Assembly (NCBI GenBank): GCA_963816165.1
Contig: CAWFJL010000010.1
Coordinates: 65,651-129,650, forward strand
Origin: an uncultured beta proteobacterium
GTDB taxonomy: Bacteria; Pseudomonadota; Gammaproteobacteria; Burkholderiales; Casimicrobiaceae
Length of the DNA: 64,000 bases
Direction of reading: 5' to 3'
Of this stretch, positions 9,101 through 21,185 are shown piece by piece (positions within the stretch are counted from its first letter, which is position 1; each line of letters starts with the position of its first letter). Below the pieces are notes generated by a model, which made no database searches, was not told the DNA's origin, and worked only from the letters and a program-made list of their open reading frames with translations. A program made the position numbers and the translations under genes.

Positions 9101-9284
9101 GCTCCGGCCCAACGGCCGCTGCGATGTCCATCGAATGGACTACGTCGGCGAATAGGACGGTCACCTGCTTGTACTCCGCCGGCTTCTCCGGTGCGGCGAT
9201 CGGCGTCCCGCATTCGAGACAGAACTTCGCAGTCGGCGGCAGCTCGAAACCGCACGCCGCGCACGCCACCCCCGCGGCGGTCAT
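6114..9284 (-). CDS. Zn-ribbon / class III adenylate-guanylate cyclase / STAND-type ATPase / helical repeat protein
   Basis: CAACG..FCLECG ribbon; VLFADVV and QFTGDG cyclase motifs; Walker A GPAGIGKS, Walker B VVEDVHW, GNPFF; start set at ATG 9284. Confidence 0.9.
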   Translation of the reverse strand: MTAAGVACAACGFELPPTAKFCLECGTPIAAPEKPAEYKQVTVLFADVVHSMDIAAAVGPERLREIMTELLERSALVVERYGGTVNQFTGDGIMAVFGAPISLEDHALRACLTAMGVQREAERLAAEVKSRDGVTLQLRIGLNSGQVIAGEIGSKAAGYTAIGEQVGMAQRMELAAPPGGVMLSESTARLVEDTVALGDAEVVQIKGVDTPVKARLLRAIGEHHPHSRRESRLVGRTRELNFLTAVLDEAVGGAGCAVNIVGPAGIGKSRLVREVTPIATRRHVAVFTTYCESHASDVSFQVISRILRAALGIDDLTADAARVRVREQFADADDEDMLLFDDLLGIGDAAMTLPAIAPEARRRRLSALINSAALAQSEPAVYVVEDVHWIDEVSESMMAEFLAVIPQTPSLMLITSRPEYRGALMHASGAQVIALRPLNHAHASTLAADLLGDDPSLADLTAHVSTRAAGNPFFAEEIVRDLAERGVLNGAPGAYTSRGDIGDVDVPATLQATIGARIDRLGAAAKHTLNAAAVIGSRFAAELLASVVDSVDVASLIQSELVDQIRFGRRAEYAFRNPLIRAVAYESQLKSDRAQLHRRLAAAIEGRDPASADENAALIAEHREAAGDSHQAFDWHMRAGAWLTNRDILAARNSWRRALLVADRLPDGDPDRMSLRIAARAPLCATAFRVGGGGAEIGFDELRDLCTAAGDKRSLVLGLNGLQTLLLFNARRQEASRLADELVALLDSIGDSTLTVALSMGVATAKHETGEMAELLRVTQRIIDLAENDPRKGDQFLGSPMAVALALRSSARMCLGIAGWKADLHQANAMARAFDPMTAQAANYYTYVYAVAAFGALLPDATALRDTADVLARAEQSGDDICLLGAQAARAVILIHHNGPDREAGFRLLAEMRERSVRDRFSLLTVPLADIHIAREKTRVGDLDGAVELSRSVLDGFYDTGGSIWCALATTALVEALVQRCGDGDLEQAHAAIDRLAAVRTDPGFVLHDVALLRLRALLARAQADTIAYRDLRDRYRQTATDLGFEGHISVAEAMP

Positions 9285-9390
9285 GTCGCCTCCGCAGATG
9301 CCATCTGCGAGCCAGAACGGCCGCCGACCACCACGCCGACATCGTTGCACCGCGCGCACCGCCAAGCGGGCAAAATGGGCGCTCCACTAA

Positions 9391-9455
9391 CCACGAGCGT
9401 GCGCTAAATGCACGCGAAATCCGGCGCGTCGGTGTGCAGACACGCACGTTCGCGG
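9391..9455 (-). repeat. 65-bp REP-like intergenic repeat, copy B (inverted relative to A)
   Basis: Reverse complement begins CCGCGAACGTGCGTGTC, 17 nt identical to copy A, and aligns without gaps over 65 nt. Confidence 0.75.
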
Positions 9456-9463
9456 TTGTGGCG

Positions 9464-10740
9464 TCAGGCCGCCAGTCTTGGCGCCCGCTTCTCGGCCCGC
9501 TTGCCGCGACGCCAGCCACGCACCGTGGCGATGGCGGTCCTCAGCCCGCGGCGTCGACCGGTGGCCGGATCGGTATACCCGAACCCGGGCTCCAGCTCGG
9601 CGAACATCCGCTCGCTGCGGGTCTCCGGAGCATCGTCGGCGGTGTCGCGCAGGTACTTGTCCGGCAGCGACAGCTTGGCGATGGTCCGCCACGTCTTGCC
9701 GTACTGCACCAGGAACGAGCCCGTCGTGTACGGCAGGTCGTACTTGTCGCAGACCTGCCTGCACCCGCACCGAGATCTCGTGCAGCCGGTTGCTCGGCAG
9801 ATCCGGGTAGAGGTGATGCTCGATCTGGTGGCACAGGTTGCCGCTCATGAACCGCAGCGCCGGACCGCGCCTCGAAGTTGGCGCTGCCGAGCATCTGCCG
9901 CAGGTACCACTCGCCCTTGGTCTCGCCGACCATGTCGGTCTTGGTGAACTTCTCTGCGCCGTCAGGGAAATGGCCGCAGAAGATCACGGCGTTCGCCCAC
10001 ACGTTGCGGATCACGTTGGCCACCGCGTTGGCCTTCAGCGTCGACTTGAACGTCGCGCCGGGCGACAGCGACGTCAGCGCCGGGCAGGCGACGTAGTCCT
10101 TGGCCAGCTGCCGGCCGGCCTTGACCGCGAATTCGCGCATCCGCACCATGGTGGCGTCGCGGTCGTCGCGGCCCTTGAAGATCCTGCCGAGCTCCAGGTG
10201 CTGCAGGCCGACTCCCCACTCGAAGCCGAGCGCGAGGATGGTGTTGAACAGCAGGTTGCCGAGGTTGAACGGCTTCCACCGCTCGTCGCGGGTGACGCGC
10301 AGCACGCCGTAGCCCACATCGTCGTCCATGCCGAGGATGTTGGTGTACTTGTGGTGCATGAAGTTGTGGGTGAACCGCCAGTGCTTGGACGCCCCGCTCA
10401 TGTCCCACTCCCACGTCGAGGAGTGAATCTCGGGATCGTTCATCCAATCCCACTGGCCGTGCATGACGTTGTGGCCGATCTCCATGTTCTCGATGATCTT
10501 GGCCACGCCCAGAGTCACGGTGCCCGCCCACCACGCCGAGCGTCGCGAACTCGCGGCCAGCATGAGCCGGCCCGCGACCTCGAGGGCGCGTTGGGCGGCG
10601 ATGGTGCGGCGGATGTAGCGCGAGTCGCGCTCCCCACGGGAGTCTTCGATGTCCAGGCGGATCGCGTCGAGCTCGACGGCCAGATTTTCGATGTCGGCGT
10701 CGGTCAGATGCGCGAATGCCGGTACGTCGGTAATTGCCAT
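9464..10740 (-). CDS. desA3: Acyl-CoA (stearoyl-CoA 9) desaturase DesA3, frameshifted in this sequence
   Basis: MAITDVPAFAHL start; His boxes HNVMH, HNFMHH, QIEHH spread over three frames; synteny with Rv3229c. Confidence 0.92.
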
Positions 10741-10763
10741 TGTTCTGCCTCCCTTCTTTTACC

Positions 10764-10796
10764 TACGCTAGCGTAACCTACGGTTCCGTAGGTTAC
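10764..10796. promoter_or_regulatory. Palindromic operator upstream of desA3
   Basis: GTAACCTACGGTTCCGTAGGTTAC (10773-10796) plus an overlapping TACGCTAGCGTA; same motif at 12034-12053. Confidence 0.75.
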
Positions 10797-10809
10797 CAAC
10801 CAGTAAAGT

Positions 10810-11980
10810 CTAAACGTCGAGTACGCAATCGCCGGATGCTGCGGAGATGCAGGTCTGTATCCGGCTTCCCGGTTCGTGTTCGGCACCCGTGCGCAGGTCA
10901 CGTACGTGCCCCTCGAGCAGTCCCACGACACACGACTGACAGATGCCCATCCGGCAGCCGAACGGCATCTGAACGCCGACCTGCTCGCCGGCCTCCATCA
11001 ACGACGTCGCGGCGTCGACGGTGACGCGTCTTGCCGCTGCGTGCGAACGTCACCGTGCCGCCCTGGCCGTGCACCGCGGCCTTGCGATACCGCGAAGCGC
11101 TCCAGATGAAGCCGCTCGGCGATGCCCTCTGCATGCCACACCCGCTCTGCCTCGTCGAGCATGCCCTCTGGGCCGCACGCCCACGTCTGACGTTCGCGCC
11201 AGTCGGGCACCTCGTCGTCCAGCCGGGACAGATCGAGCCGCCCCTCAGTGCGGGTCGACCGCAGCCGCAGCCGGTAGCCGTCGTGCGCTCGTTCCAGCTC
11301 GGCCAGCTCCGCAGCGAACATCACGTCGGATTCCGTTGGGGCCGAATGCAAGTGGACGATATCGGTGATCTGATCGCGTCGCGCCAGCGTGCGCAGCATC
11401 GACATCACCGGCGTGATGCCGGAGCCCGCGGTGATGAACAGCACCGACGCAGGCGCCGGATCGGGCATCACGAAGTTGCCCTGCGGCGCGGCCAGCCGCA
11501 CGATCGTGCCGGGCGCCACCCCGCCGACCAGGTGGGTCGACAGGAAGCCCTCGGGCATGGCCTTCACGGTGATGGTGATGGTGCGCGAGGCTCGGCCCGA
11601 TGTCGCAGCGAGCGGCTCGGTCACCGGACTAGACGTCAGCGAGTACGACCGCCAGCGCCACCGGCCGTCGACCAGCACGCCGATGCCGATGTACTGGCCG
11701 GGCTGGTAGTCGAAGGAGAAGCCCCAACCGGGCTTGATGACCAGGGTCGCGGAGTCGACGGTCTCGCGCCGCACCTCGAGCACGCGGCCGCGCAGTTCGC
11801 GCGCCGACCACAACGGATTGGCGAGCTTGAGGTAGTCGTCGGGCAGCAGCGGCGTGGTGATCCGCTCGGCGATCGCGCGCGCCGCGTCCCAGCCGCGATG
11901 TTTACCGGCGCCGGCGACAGTGGGCCGCACGGTGTCCACGAGAACAGCCGCGGGCCTCTGCTGCTGTATTTCTTGCCCAA
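10810..11980 (-). CDS. NADPH oxidoreductase partner of DesA3 (Rv3230c ortholog), frameshifted
   Basis: [30 protein letters not shown] and C-terminal 2Fe-2[10 protein letters not shown]...C; TTG start after AGGAG. Confidence 0.9.
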
Positions 11981-12033
11981 CGAAAGCTCCTGCCCCAGTT
12001 TCAGGATTGCCTCACCCGTCGTCCGGGAGACAT

Positions 12034-12053
12034 AACCTACGGTACCGTAGGTT
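12034..12053. promoter_or_regulatory. Perfect 20-bp palindromic operator AACCTACGGTACCGTAGGTT
   Basis: Lies upstream of the oxidoreductase start and matches the desA3 upstream palindrome. Confidence 0.75.
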
Positions 12054-12078
12054 CGGCGCTTGAGCCAGGCGTAAAGCG

Positions 12079-12579
12079 TCACAGCAGCTCGAGCAGGAAC
12101 GGCAGCTCCTGCGGCGCGTACCAGGCGAGATCGTGGTCCTGGGCGTCGACCGACGATGAATTCGGCGTCCTCGTCGCCCAGGTCGGCGGCGTCGACGGCC
12201 TCGATCGCCGGCACCACCGCCGGCTCGGCCTCGGCGTTGTCGACATACGCGGCGATCACGTCGGTCGAACGCGATCGGCGCCGAGAGCCGCACCACCGCA
12301 TCGTCGAGATCGGGACGCGCCGTCGCACCCTCGACGTCGGCCACCACCACCGCTCGCCGCGGCGGCAGAGCGGATGTCCCCTCGCCTGCCAGCAGCCGCA
12401 GCGACGCCAGCGCCGCGTCGCGCAGCGCGACCTCGGCGAGTTCGTCGTCGTCGCCCTCGGCGTAGGCCTCGCGCAGCGTCGGCGTCACCGCGAATGCGGT
12501 CCCGTTGCGGGCGTGCAACGAGCCGATCGGCGACCAGCTGCTGGAGCATGGCCAGGGTCGCCGGGATGTAGACACGCAC
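12079..12579 (-). CDS. Conserved hypothetical protein (Rv3231c-like), frameshifted
   Basis: MRVYIPATLAML...FAVTPTLREAY...DLAWYAPQELPFLLELL across frames; synteny. Confidence 0.8.
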
Positions 12580-12595
12580 GAAGCGAGGTTAGCCG

Positions 12596-14009
12596 TTACT
12601 GCGCGGCCTCCAGCAGTTCCTCCAGCGATTCCCGCAGCAGTGACGGAAATACGTCGACGTCGCTCATCGCGTCGCGGTCGGCGTTGATGCCGAAGTAGAG
12701 CATGCCGTTGTACGACGTCACCCCGATCGCCAGCACCTGGTTGTTCAGCAGCGGTGGCACCGCGTAGGTCTCCAGCAGTTTGGTGCCTGCGACGTACATC
12801 TGCTTCTGCGCGCCGGGCACGTTGGTGATCAGGAGGTTGAACAGCCGCGCCGAGAAACTGGTCGCGACGCGAATTCCCATGGCGTGCAACGTCGGTGGCG
12901 CAAATCCCGACAGCGTGACGATGGTCCTGCGCGTCGACCAGGCTGGCCGCGGTCGGATGCGACTCGGTGGCGTGCGCGATCTGCGACAGCCGCACCACCG
13001 CGTTGCCCTCCCCGACCGGCAGGTCGACCAGGAACGGCGACACCTCGCTGATCGCCTGACCGGGCCCTGTCGTGTCGAGGTCGGCGTCGGGATAGACCGA
13101 CATCGGGCGCCATCGCCCGCACGGTCGTCGTCGCCGTGACCGGCTCGCCGCGCGACATCAGCCAGTTGCGCAGCGCCCCGGCCACCACGGCGAGCACGAC
13201 GTCGTTGACGTCGCAGTCGTAGCGCGCCCGCACCAAGCGGTAGTCCTCGAGCCGATGACGCGCCACGGTGAATCGGCGGTTGCGCGACACCGTCGTGTTC
13301 AGCGGGCTGCTCGGCGCGGTGCCGCGCGCGAACGGTACGCGCGACGTCGACGAACCGGCGGCCGACCTCGACCAGCTGGCCCGCGTTCGTCGCCACCTCG
13401 GTCACCGCCGAGCGAACGGCCCCGATCTGTTCGGCCGGACGCGCGATCCACTCACCGACAGCGCCGAGCACCAGCCGACGGTCGCTGGGCTCGCGCGCCG
13501 GGATCCAGATGTCCTCGCCGAACTCCGGCGGCTTCTGGGTGCGATCGGCGATCACGTGGCCGATCTCAAGCGCCGTCATGCCGTTGACCAGCGCCTGGTG
13601 CGACTTGGTGTAGATCGCGATCCGGTTCTTGGCCAGACCCTCGATCAGGTACATCTCCCACAGCGGCCGGGACTTGTCCAACGGCCGCGAGCCGAGCCGG
13701 GCGATGAGCTCGTGCAGCTGCGCGTCGCTGCCCGGCGACGGCAGCGCCGACCGGCGGATGTGGTAGGTGATGTCGAAGTCGCGGTCGTCGATCCACACCG
13801 GCCGGGCCAGGCCGAACGTCACCTCGCGCACCTTCTGGCGGTAGCGCGGGATCTGCGGCAGCCGCCGTTCGACGGTGGCCAGCAGGGTTTCGTAGCTCAG
13901 CCCGTTGCGCGGCTTGCGCAGGATCGACAGCGATGCCGACGTACATCGGGGTGGAGGTGTCTTCCAGGTGATAGAACGACGCGTCCGACGCCGACAACCT
14001 GGTCACCAT
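12596..14009 (-). CDS. tgs3: WS/DGAT triacylglycerol synthase (Rv3234c+Rv3233c ortholog), frameshifted
   Basis: MVTRLSASDASF, LDKSRPLWEMYLIEGL, KSHQALVNG, NLLITNVPG. Confidence 0.88.
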
Positions 14010-14187
14010 GTCGGTGCCACCCCCTCGTGTTGTTCGACGCTGTCAATCGACCCCCGTGCAGGCTATCGGCCGGTTCTGTGTGCCCGCATCACGGGTGCAT
14101 TCGGCGTCGTCGATCCGTGGGATCATGAATGTGTCTGCGACTCTCCAGCAGATGCCGTCCCGTCGCATCGACCACTGGAGAGCACCG

Positions 14188-14683
14188 ATGACCGCATCCC
14201 GAATTCCGCCCGAGCCGGTTTCGTTGACGACGCCGATCATCGACTGTGAGCCGCCGCCCGTCGGAATCGCCGCCTGCCCGCCGCCGTCACCGGCAGCGCT
14301 GCATCGGCGCACCACCCGGCGCCTTGCGGCCGGTGCACGCGTCCAGTGCCCCGCGACCCACTGCCGCCGCCGCGCGGCGGTGGCGTTCGCCGACGCGGCG
14401 CTGCGCCGCGTGCTGGAGGTCGTGGACCGGCGCAGGCCCATCGCGCAACTGCGTCCGCTCGCTGACGCCGGCGCTGATCGACACGGTCACCGCGCTGACG
14501 CGAGCGCCGCAGAACGCCGCCGCGACGCTGCGACGGGTCCGGGTGCGCATGGTCGACGGTGACGACGAGACTCAGGCCGAGGTGTTCGCGACCTATACCC
14601 GGGCGAACCGTGTCCGGGCGATCGCCGGGCGGATCGAACGTGTCGAGGACCGCTGGCGGATCGTCGCCTTGCAGATCGGCTGA
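14188..14683 (+). CDS. Rv3235-family protein, frameshifted
   Basis: FADAALRRVLEVVDRRRP...RVRAIAGRIE...WRIVALQIG; start uncertain. Confidence 0.75.
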
Positions 14684-14709
14684 GGCGGCTAGCCGTAGTC
14701 GCCGCGAGG

Positions 14710-17560
<2,851 letters not shown>

Positions 17561-17659
17561 GCTAATTCCTCATTATGGTCGATGGATCTCACGACTTATC
17601 AGACGAAGTCCATCGTAGGTGACCCGTCGAAATTGCTCGGTTGATGCCGCTGGAAAGCG

Positions 17660-18338
17660 TCAGGCGAGCCTGATCAGGCCGTAGTCGTAGGCGTGCCGGC
17701 GGTACACGACGCACGGCTTGTCGCTCTCCTTGTCGTGGAACAGGAAGAAGTCGTGGCCGACGAGCTCCATCTCGTAGAGCGCGTCGTCGACGGTCATCGG
17801 CGTGGCCGGGTGCTCCTTGGTGCGCACGATCCGCCCCGGCTCGTGGTCTTCGCCGGGCAGGCCGTCGACCTGCGATGCGTCGTCGCGACAACGCGGCCGA
17901 AGTGGCCGGCAGCGGATCGATCGCGGTGGCCTCGGCCAGCGATACGGGCGTCTTGTCGCCGTAGTGGATCTTGCGGCGGTCCTTGCTGCGGCGGAGCCTG
18001 CTCTCGAGTTTGCACACCGCCGACTCGAGGGCGGCGTAGAAGCTGTCCGCGCAGGCCTCGCCGCGCACAACGGGGCCGCGACCTCGCGCGGTGATCTCTA
18101 CGTGCTGACAGTTCTTGCGTTGGCGCCGGTTGCGCTCATGGTCTAGTTCGACGTCGAAGAGGTAGATGGTGCGGTCGAATCGTTCCAGGCGGGACAGTTT
18201 CTCTGAGACGTAGATGCGAAAGTGTTCGGGAACCTCGACGTTGCGGCCCTTGACGACGACCTCGGCGCTCGGCGTCGGTTCGGGCGTCTCGTCCTCGATC
18301 ACCATGGTGCGGTCTGAGTCCACGGAATGGCTTGACAT
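17660..18338 (-). CDS. hpf: Long ribosome hibernation promoting factor (RaiA/HPF, Rv3241c ortholog), one frameshift
   Basis: VVVKGRNVEVPEHFRIYVSEKLSRLERF and C-terminal PMTVDDALYEMELVGHDFFLF. Confidence 0.93.
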
Positions 18339-18625
18339 GCTTAGCAACTCGTTTCTCATCGGAGTCGCACGCTTCGCGTGCCCGGCTAGTTAAGGAATCG
18401 CGCCGGCGGGCATGCCTGTCGCTCCGCCCACCGGCGCAAGGTGTCGACTACTCACCTCCTACCGCTGGTTGGCGATACTGGCGCTTCCGGTTGAGCGCCG
18501 CCGTGAGGCAATCACGGGTGGTTGATGCCGACGGTAATCGTGTTCACCCAGTAGTGCCAGTAAATTCGCGGACCCGTTTTCAGTTCTTCACATGGGGTTG
18601 ATTTGAATCGAAGTTGCCTCCCGCG

Positions 18626-19255
18626 TCACGCGTTGGCGACCGCAAGCACCCCGGTCACGTGAGCACCTGCGACGTGCAGGACGCGGACCGATTCGGTGGC
18701 GGTCGCCCCGGTGGTCACGATGTCGTCGACCAGCAGCACGGCGCCCGCCAGAGCCTTGATGATCTTGACCCGTCCGGCGATGTTGCGCTGCCGGTCGGCG
18801 CGGGACAGGCCGACGGAGTCGCGGGCCAGCGCTCGTAGCCGCAGCGCCTGAACGACGTGGATACCGTCCAGCCCCGCCGTTGCCACCCGCGCGATCCGGG
18901 TCACGGGGTCGCCGCCTCGGCGGCGGGCGGCTGATCTGCGCGTTGGTGCGGGGACGATGGTCAGCGGCGCCTCGATCACGCCCCATGTCAACAGGCGCTG
19001 CAGCCCGGCCTCGAGCGCGACGGCGAGCGGCGAAATCAGGTCGGCGCGGCCGTGCTCCTTGACAGCGACGATGGCCTCGCGGCGCGACCCGGCGTACCGA
19101 CCGAGAGTGAAGACCGGAACCCCGGGATCGACCCGGGGGGCGATCAGGTGCGGCTGGTCGGCCTGAACGGTCAGTTGGCGCGCGCAAGCGGCACACCACC
19201 GGGTCGCGGGCGTGCCGCAGCCGCCGCACTCCAGCGGGAGGACAAGGTCGAGCAT
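18626..19255 (-). CDS. comF: ComF family phosphoribosyltransferase-like protein
   Basis: MLDLVLPLECGGC...C..C zinc motif and VLLVDDIVTTGAT PRT loop. Confidence 0.9.
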   Translation of the reverse strand: MLDLVLPLECGGCGTPATRWCAACARQLTVQADQPHLIAPRVDPGVPVFTLGRYAGSRREAIVAVKEHGRADLISPLAVALEAGLQRLLTWGVIEAPLTIVPAPTRRSAARRRGGDPVTRIARVATAGLDGIHVVQALRLRALARDSVGLSRADRQRNIAGRVKIIKALAGAVLLVDDIVTTGATATESVRVLHVAGAHVTGVLAVANA

Positions 19256-19297
19256 GTCCGCAGTCTGGCGCACCAGTGCGACATCGCGATCGCCGAC

Positions 19298-20023
19298 TCA
19301 GTGCCCCGCGCTTTGTCCGCCGTCGACATGAAGGATCTCCCCGGTCACAAAGGGTGCGTTCTCGAGGTACAGAGCACCGCGCACGACGTCTGCGACTGCG
19401 CCTATTCGGTTCTGGGGATGCATCCCGGCGTATGCATCGTGCGCGTCGACGCCGGAGTGCATGGGGGTGTCGATGACGCCGGGCGATATCGCATTCACCC
19501 GGATACCCCGGCCGCCGTACTCAACGGCCAGCGATTTGGTCACCGCGACCAGCCCACCTTTGGTCAGCGCCGTCAACGCCGACGGGACGGCGGACTGCCC
19601 CTGTTCGGCCAGTGTGGTGGTCACGTTGATGATGTGGCCCCCACCGCCCTGCTCGAGCATCTGGCTGATGACGCACTGGGTGATGTGAAAGAACCCGAGC
19701 GTGTTCACCGACGTGACCATCGCGTAGTCCTCGCGCGTATACGCGGTGAAGGGTTTGGCGACGAACACCCCGGCATTGTTGACGAGCGTGTCGATGCGAC
19801 CGAAGGCTCGCACAGCGACTTCGACCAGCCGCTGCGCGGTGGCCGGGTCGGCGATATCGCCTGCGACAACGCGTATTTCGGGATCGTGTGAATCGGCGAT
19901 GGTGCGCGAGTTGGCGATCACGCGGTAGCCACTCGTGCGAAACGCGTCCACCAGACCCGCGCCGATTCCCCGTGACGCGCCGGTGATGATCGCCACCCCG
20001 TCAGTGCTGCGTTCCACCATCAT
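19298..20023 (-). CDS. SDR family oxidoreductase
   Basis: TGASRGIG, LVNNAG, IRVNAISPG, FVTGEILHVDGG; YxxxK is atypical (TALTK). Confidence 0.9.
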   Translation of the reverse strand: MMVERSTDGVAIITGASRGIGAGLVDAFRTSGYRVIANSRTIADSHDPEIRVVAGDIADPATAQRLVEVAVRAFGRIDTLVNNAGVFVAKPFTAYTREDYAMVTSVNTLGFFHITQCVISQMLEQGGGGHIINVTTTLAEQGQSAVPSALTALTKGGLVAVTKSLAVEYGGRGIRVNAISPGVIDTPMHSGVDAHDAYAGMHPQNRIGAVADVVRGALYLENAPFVTGEILHVDGGQSAGH

Positions 20024-20040
20024 TTCCCTTCTGGCGCCCG

Positions 20041-21060
20041 TCAGGCGAGATCGCGCACGATGTCGACGGCTGACCCAGTCTTCGCGTGTCGGAAAGCGAC
20101 CCCTGCCCACAGGGCGACCCCGTGCGGGTCACCGACTTTCACTGCGGCCGCCTGAATCGGAGCGGTCATCATCGCGACCTCGGGGAAGCCGGACATGGCA
20201 TGGTGTTCGTGCTCATCGATGAACCGGTTGCGCAAGGCTCGTGCGTAGCGCCCGGTGAACACACGGGTCAGCACCGTCTGGTCGAAGTCCGGCTCGCACA
20301 ATGCGGCGCGATATACCGGATGGGTTCCTGCCTCGTCAGTGAGTAACAACGCGGTGCCGATCTGCGCAGCCGTTGCACCGACATCCCGCACTCGCTTCAC
20401 GTCACCGGCGGTCGCGAGGCCCCCTGCCGCCACGACAGGACAGTCAAGGCCAGCAACCAACGCGGCCACCAGGTCATCCAACGGATCGTCCGCAGGCGCC
20501 GCGAGCGGGTCGAACGTCGCCCTGTGCCCACCCGCGCCCGAGCCCTGAGCCACCAGTGCGTCCGCCCCGCAGAGCAACGCGATTTCGGCTTCACGGAAGC
20601 TGGTCACCGTGGCGATCGTCAAGATGCCAGCGTCGGTGAGTCGACGGCACTGGGTCTTCGTCGGCGAGCCGAACGTGAAGGAGACCGCCTCCGGCCGCAG
20701 GTCACACACCACGTCGAGTTTGGCGGCGCCGTCGTCCTCATCACGACGTGGTTCACCGAGTGCGACGCCATAACGATCCGCCTCCTGTGACAACGCCGAC
20801 GCGAACTCGCTGAATTGCGCCAGAGTGCCCAGACGCAATTGGGGCACAAACAGATTCACGCCGATCGGAGCCGAAGTCAGCTTTCGCGTCGCGGCGATCT
20901 GGTCGGCCAACTCGTGCGCCGAGATCATGCCGCCGGCGAGGAAGCCAAAGCCACCGGCGTTTGAAACGGCTGCGACAAGCGCAGGCGTGGATGGTCCCCC
21001 CGCCATGGGCGCACCGACAATGCGAACACTCAAGTCACTCAATGCGAACCGGTCAATCAT
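20041..21060 (-). CDS. Nitronate monooxygenase-family flavoenzyme
   Basis: GAPMAGGPST, VSFTFG, AQGSGAGGHR, VAAGGL, FTGRYARALRN, LWAG. Confidence 0.9.
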   Translation of the reverse strand: MIDRFALSDLSVRIVGAPMAGGPSTPALVAAVSNAGGFGFLAGGMISAHELADQIAATRKLTSAPIGVNLFVPQLRLGTLAQFSEFASALSQEADRYGVALGEPRRDEDDGAAKLDVVCDLRPEAVSFTFGSPTKTQCRRLTDAGILTIATVTSFREAEIALLCGADALVAQGSGAGGHRATFDPLAAPADDPLDDLVAALVAGLDCPVVAAGGLATAGDVKRVRDVGATAAQIGTALLLTDEAGTHPVYRAALCEPDFDQTVLTRVFTGRYARALRNRFIDEHEHHAMSGFPEVAMMTAPIQAAAVKVGDPHGVALWAGVAFRHAKTGSAVDIVRDLA

Positions 21061-21129
21061 GGCGCCAACGCTAGGGAGACGGTCGCACGCGGGCTAGCCA
21101 TCCCGCGCAGTGTGCTGGACAGATTGCGC
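21060..21129 (-). promoter_or_regulatory. Leaderless-type promoter (-10 TAGCGT) with putative AraC site
   Basis: TAGCGT-N7-ATG on the minus strand; GCGCAGTGTGCTGGACAGATTGCGC at 21105-21129; homologous arrangement at 24468-24538. Confidence 0.6.
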
Positions 21130-21185
21130 GGAAAGCCGTTGGATCGGCTCGGGGTCTGACGATCGGCATCTCCTCACCCGCCGCT

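Noticed and set aside
2006-9455. CRISPR array or RiPP cluster suggested by the repeats and small peptides
   Set aside because: Repeats are two-copy and irregular with no cas genes; peptides carry Sec-type signal peptides and no RiPP maturase is recognisable
13590-13610. Degenerate WS/DGAT catalytic motif SHQALVNG instead of HHxxxDG
   Set aside because: As far as I recall the Rv3234c orthologs share this variant, so it is not specific to this genome
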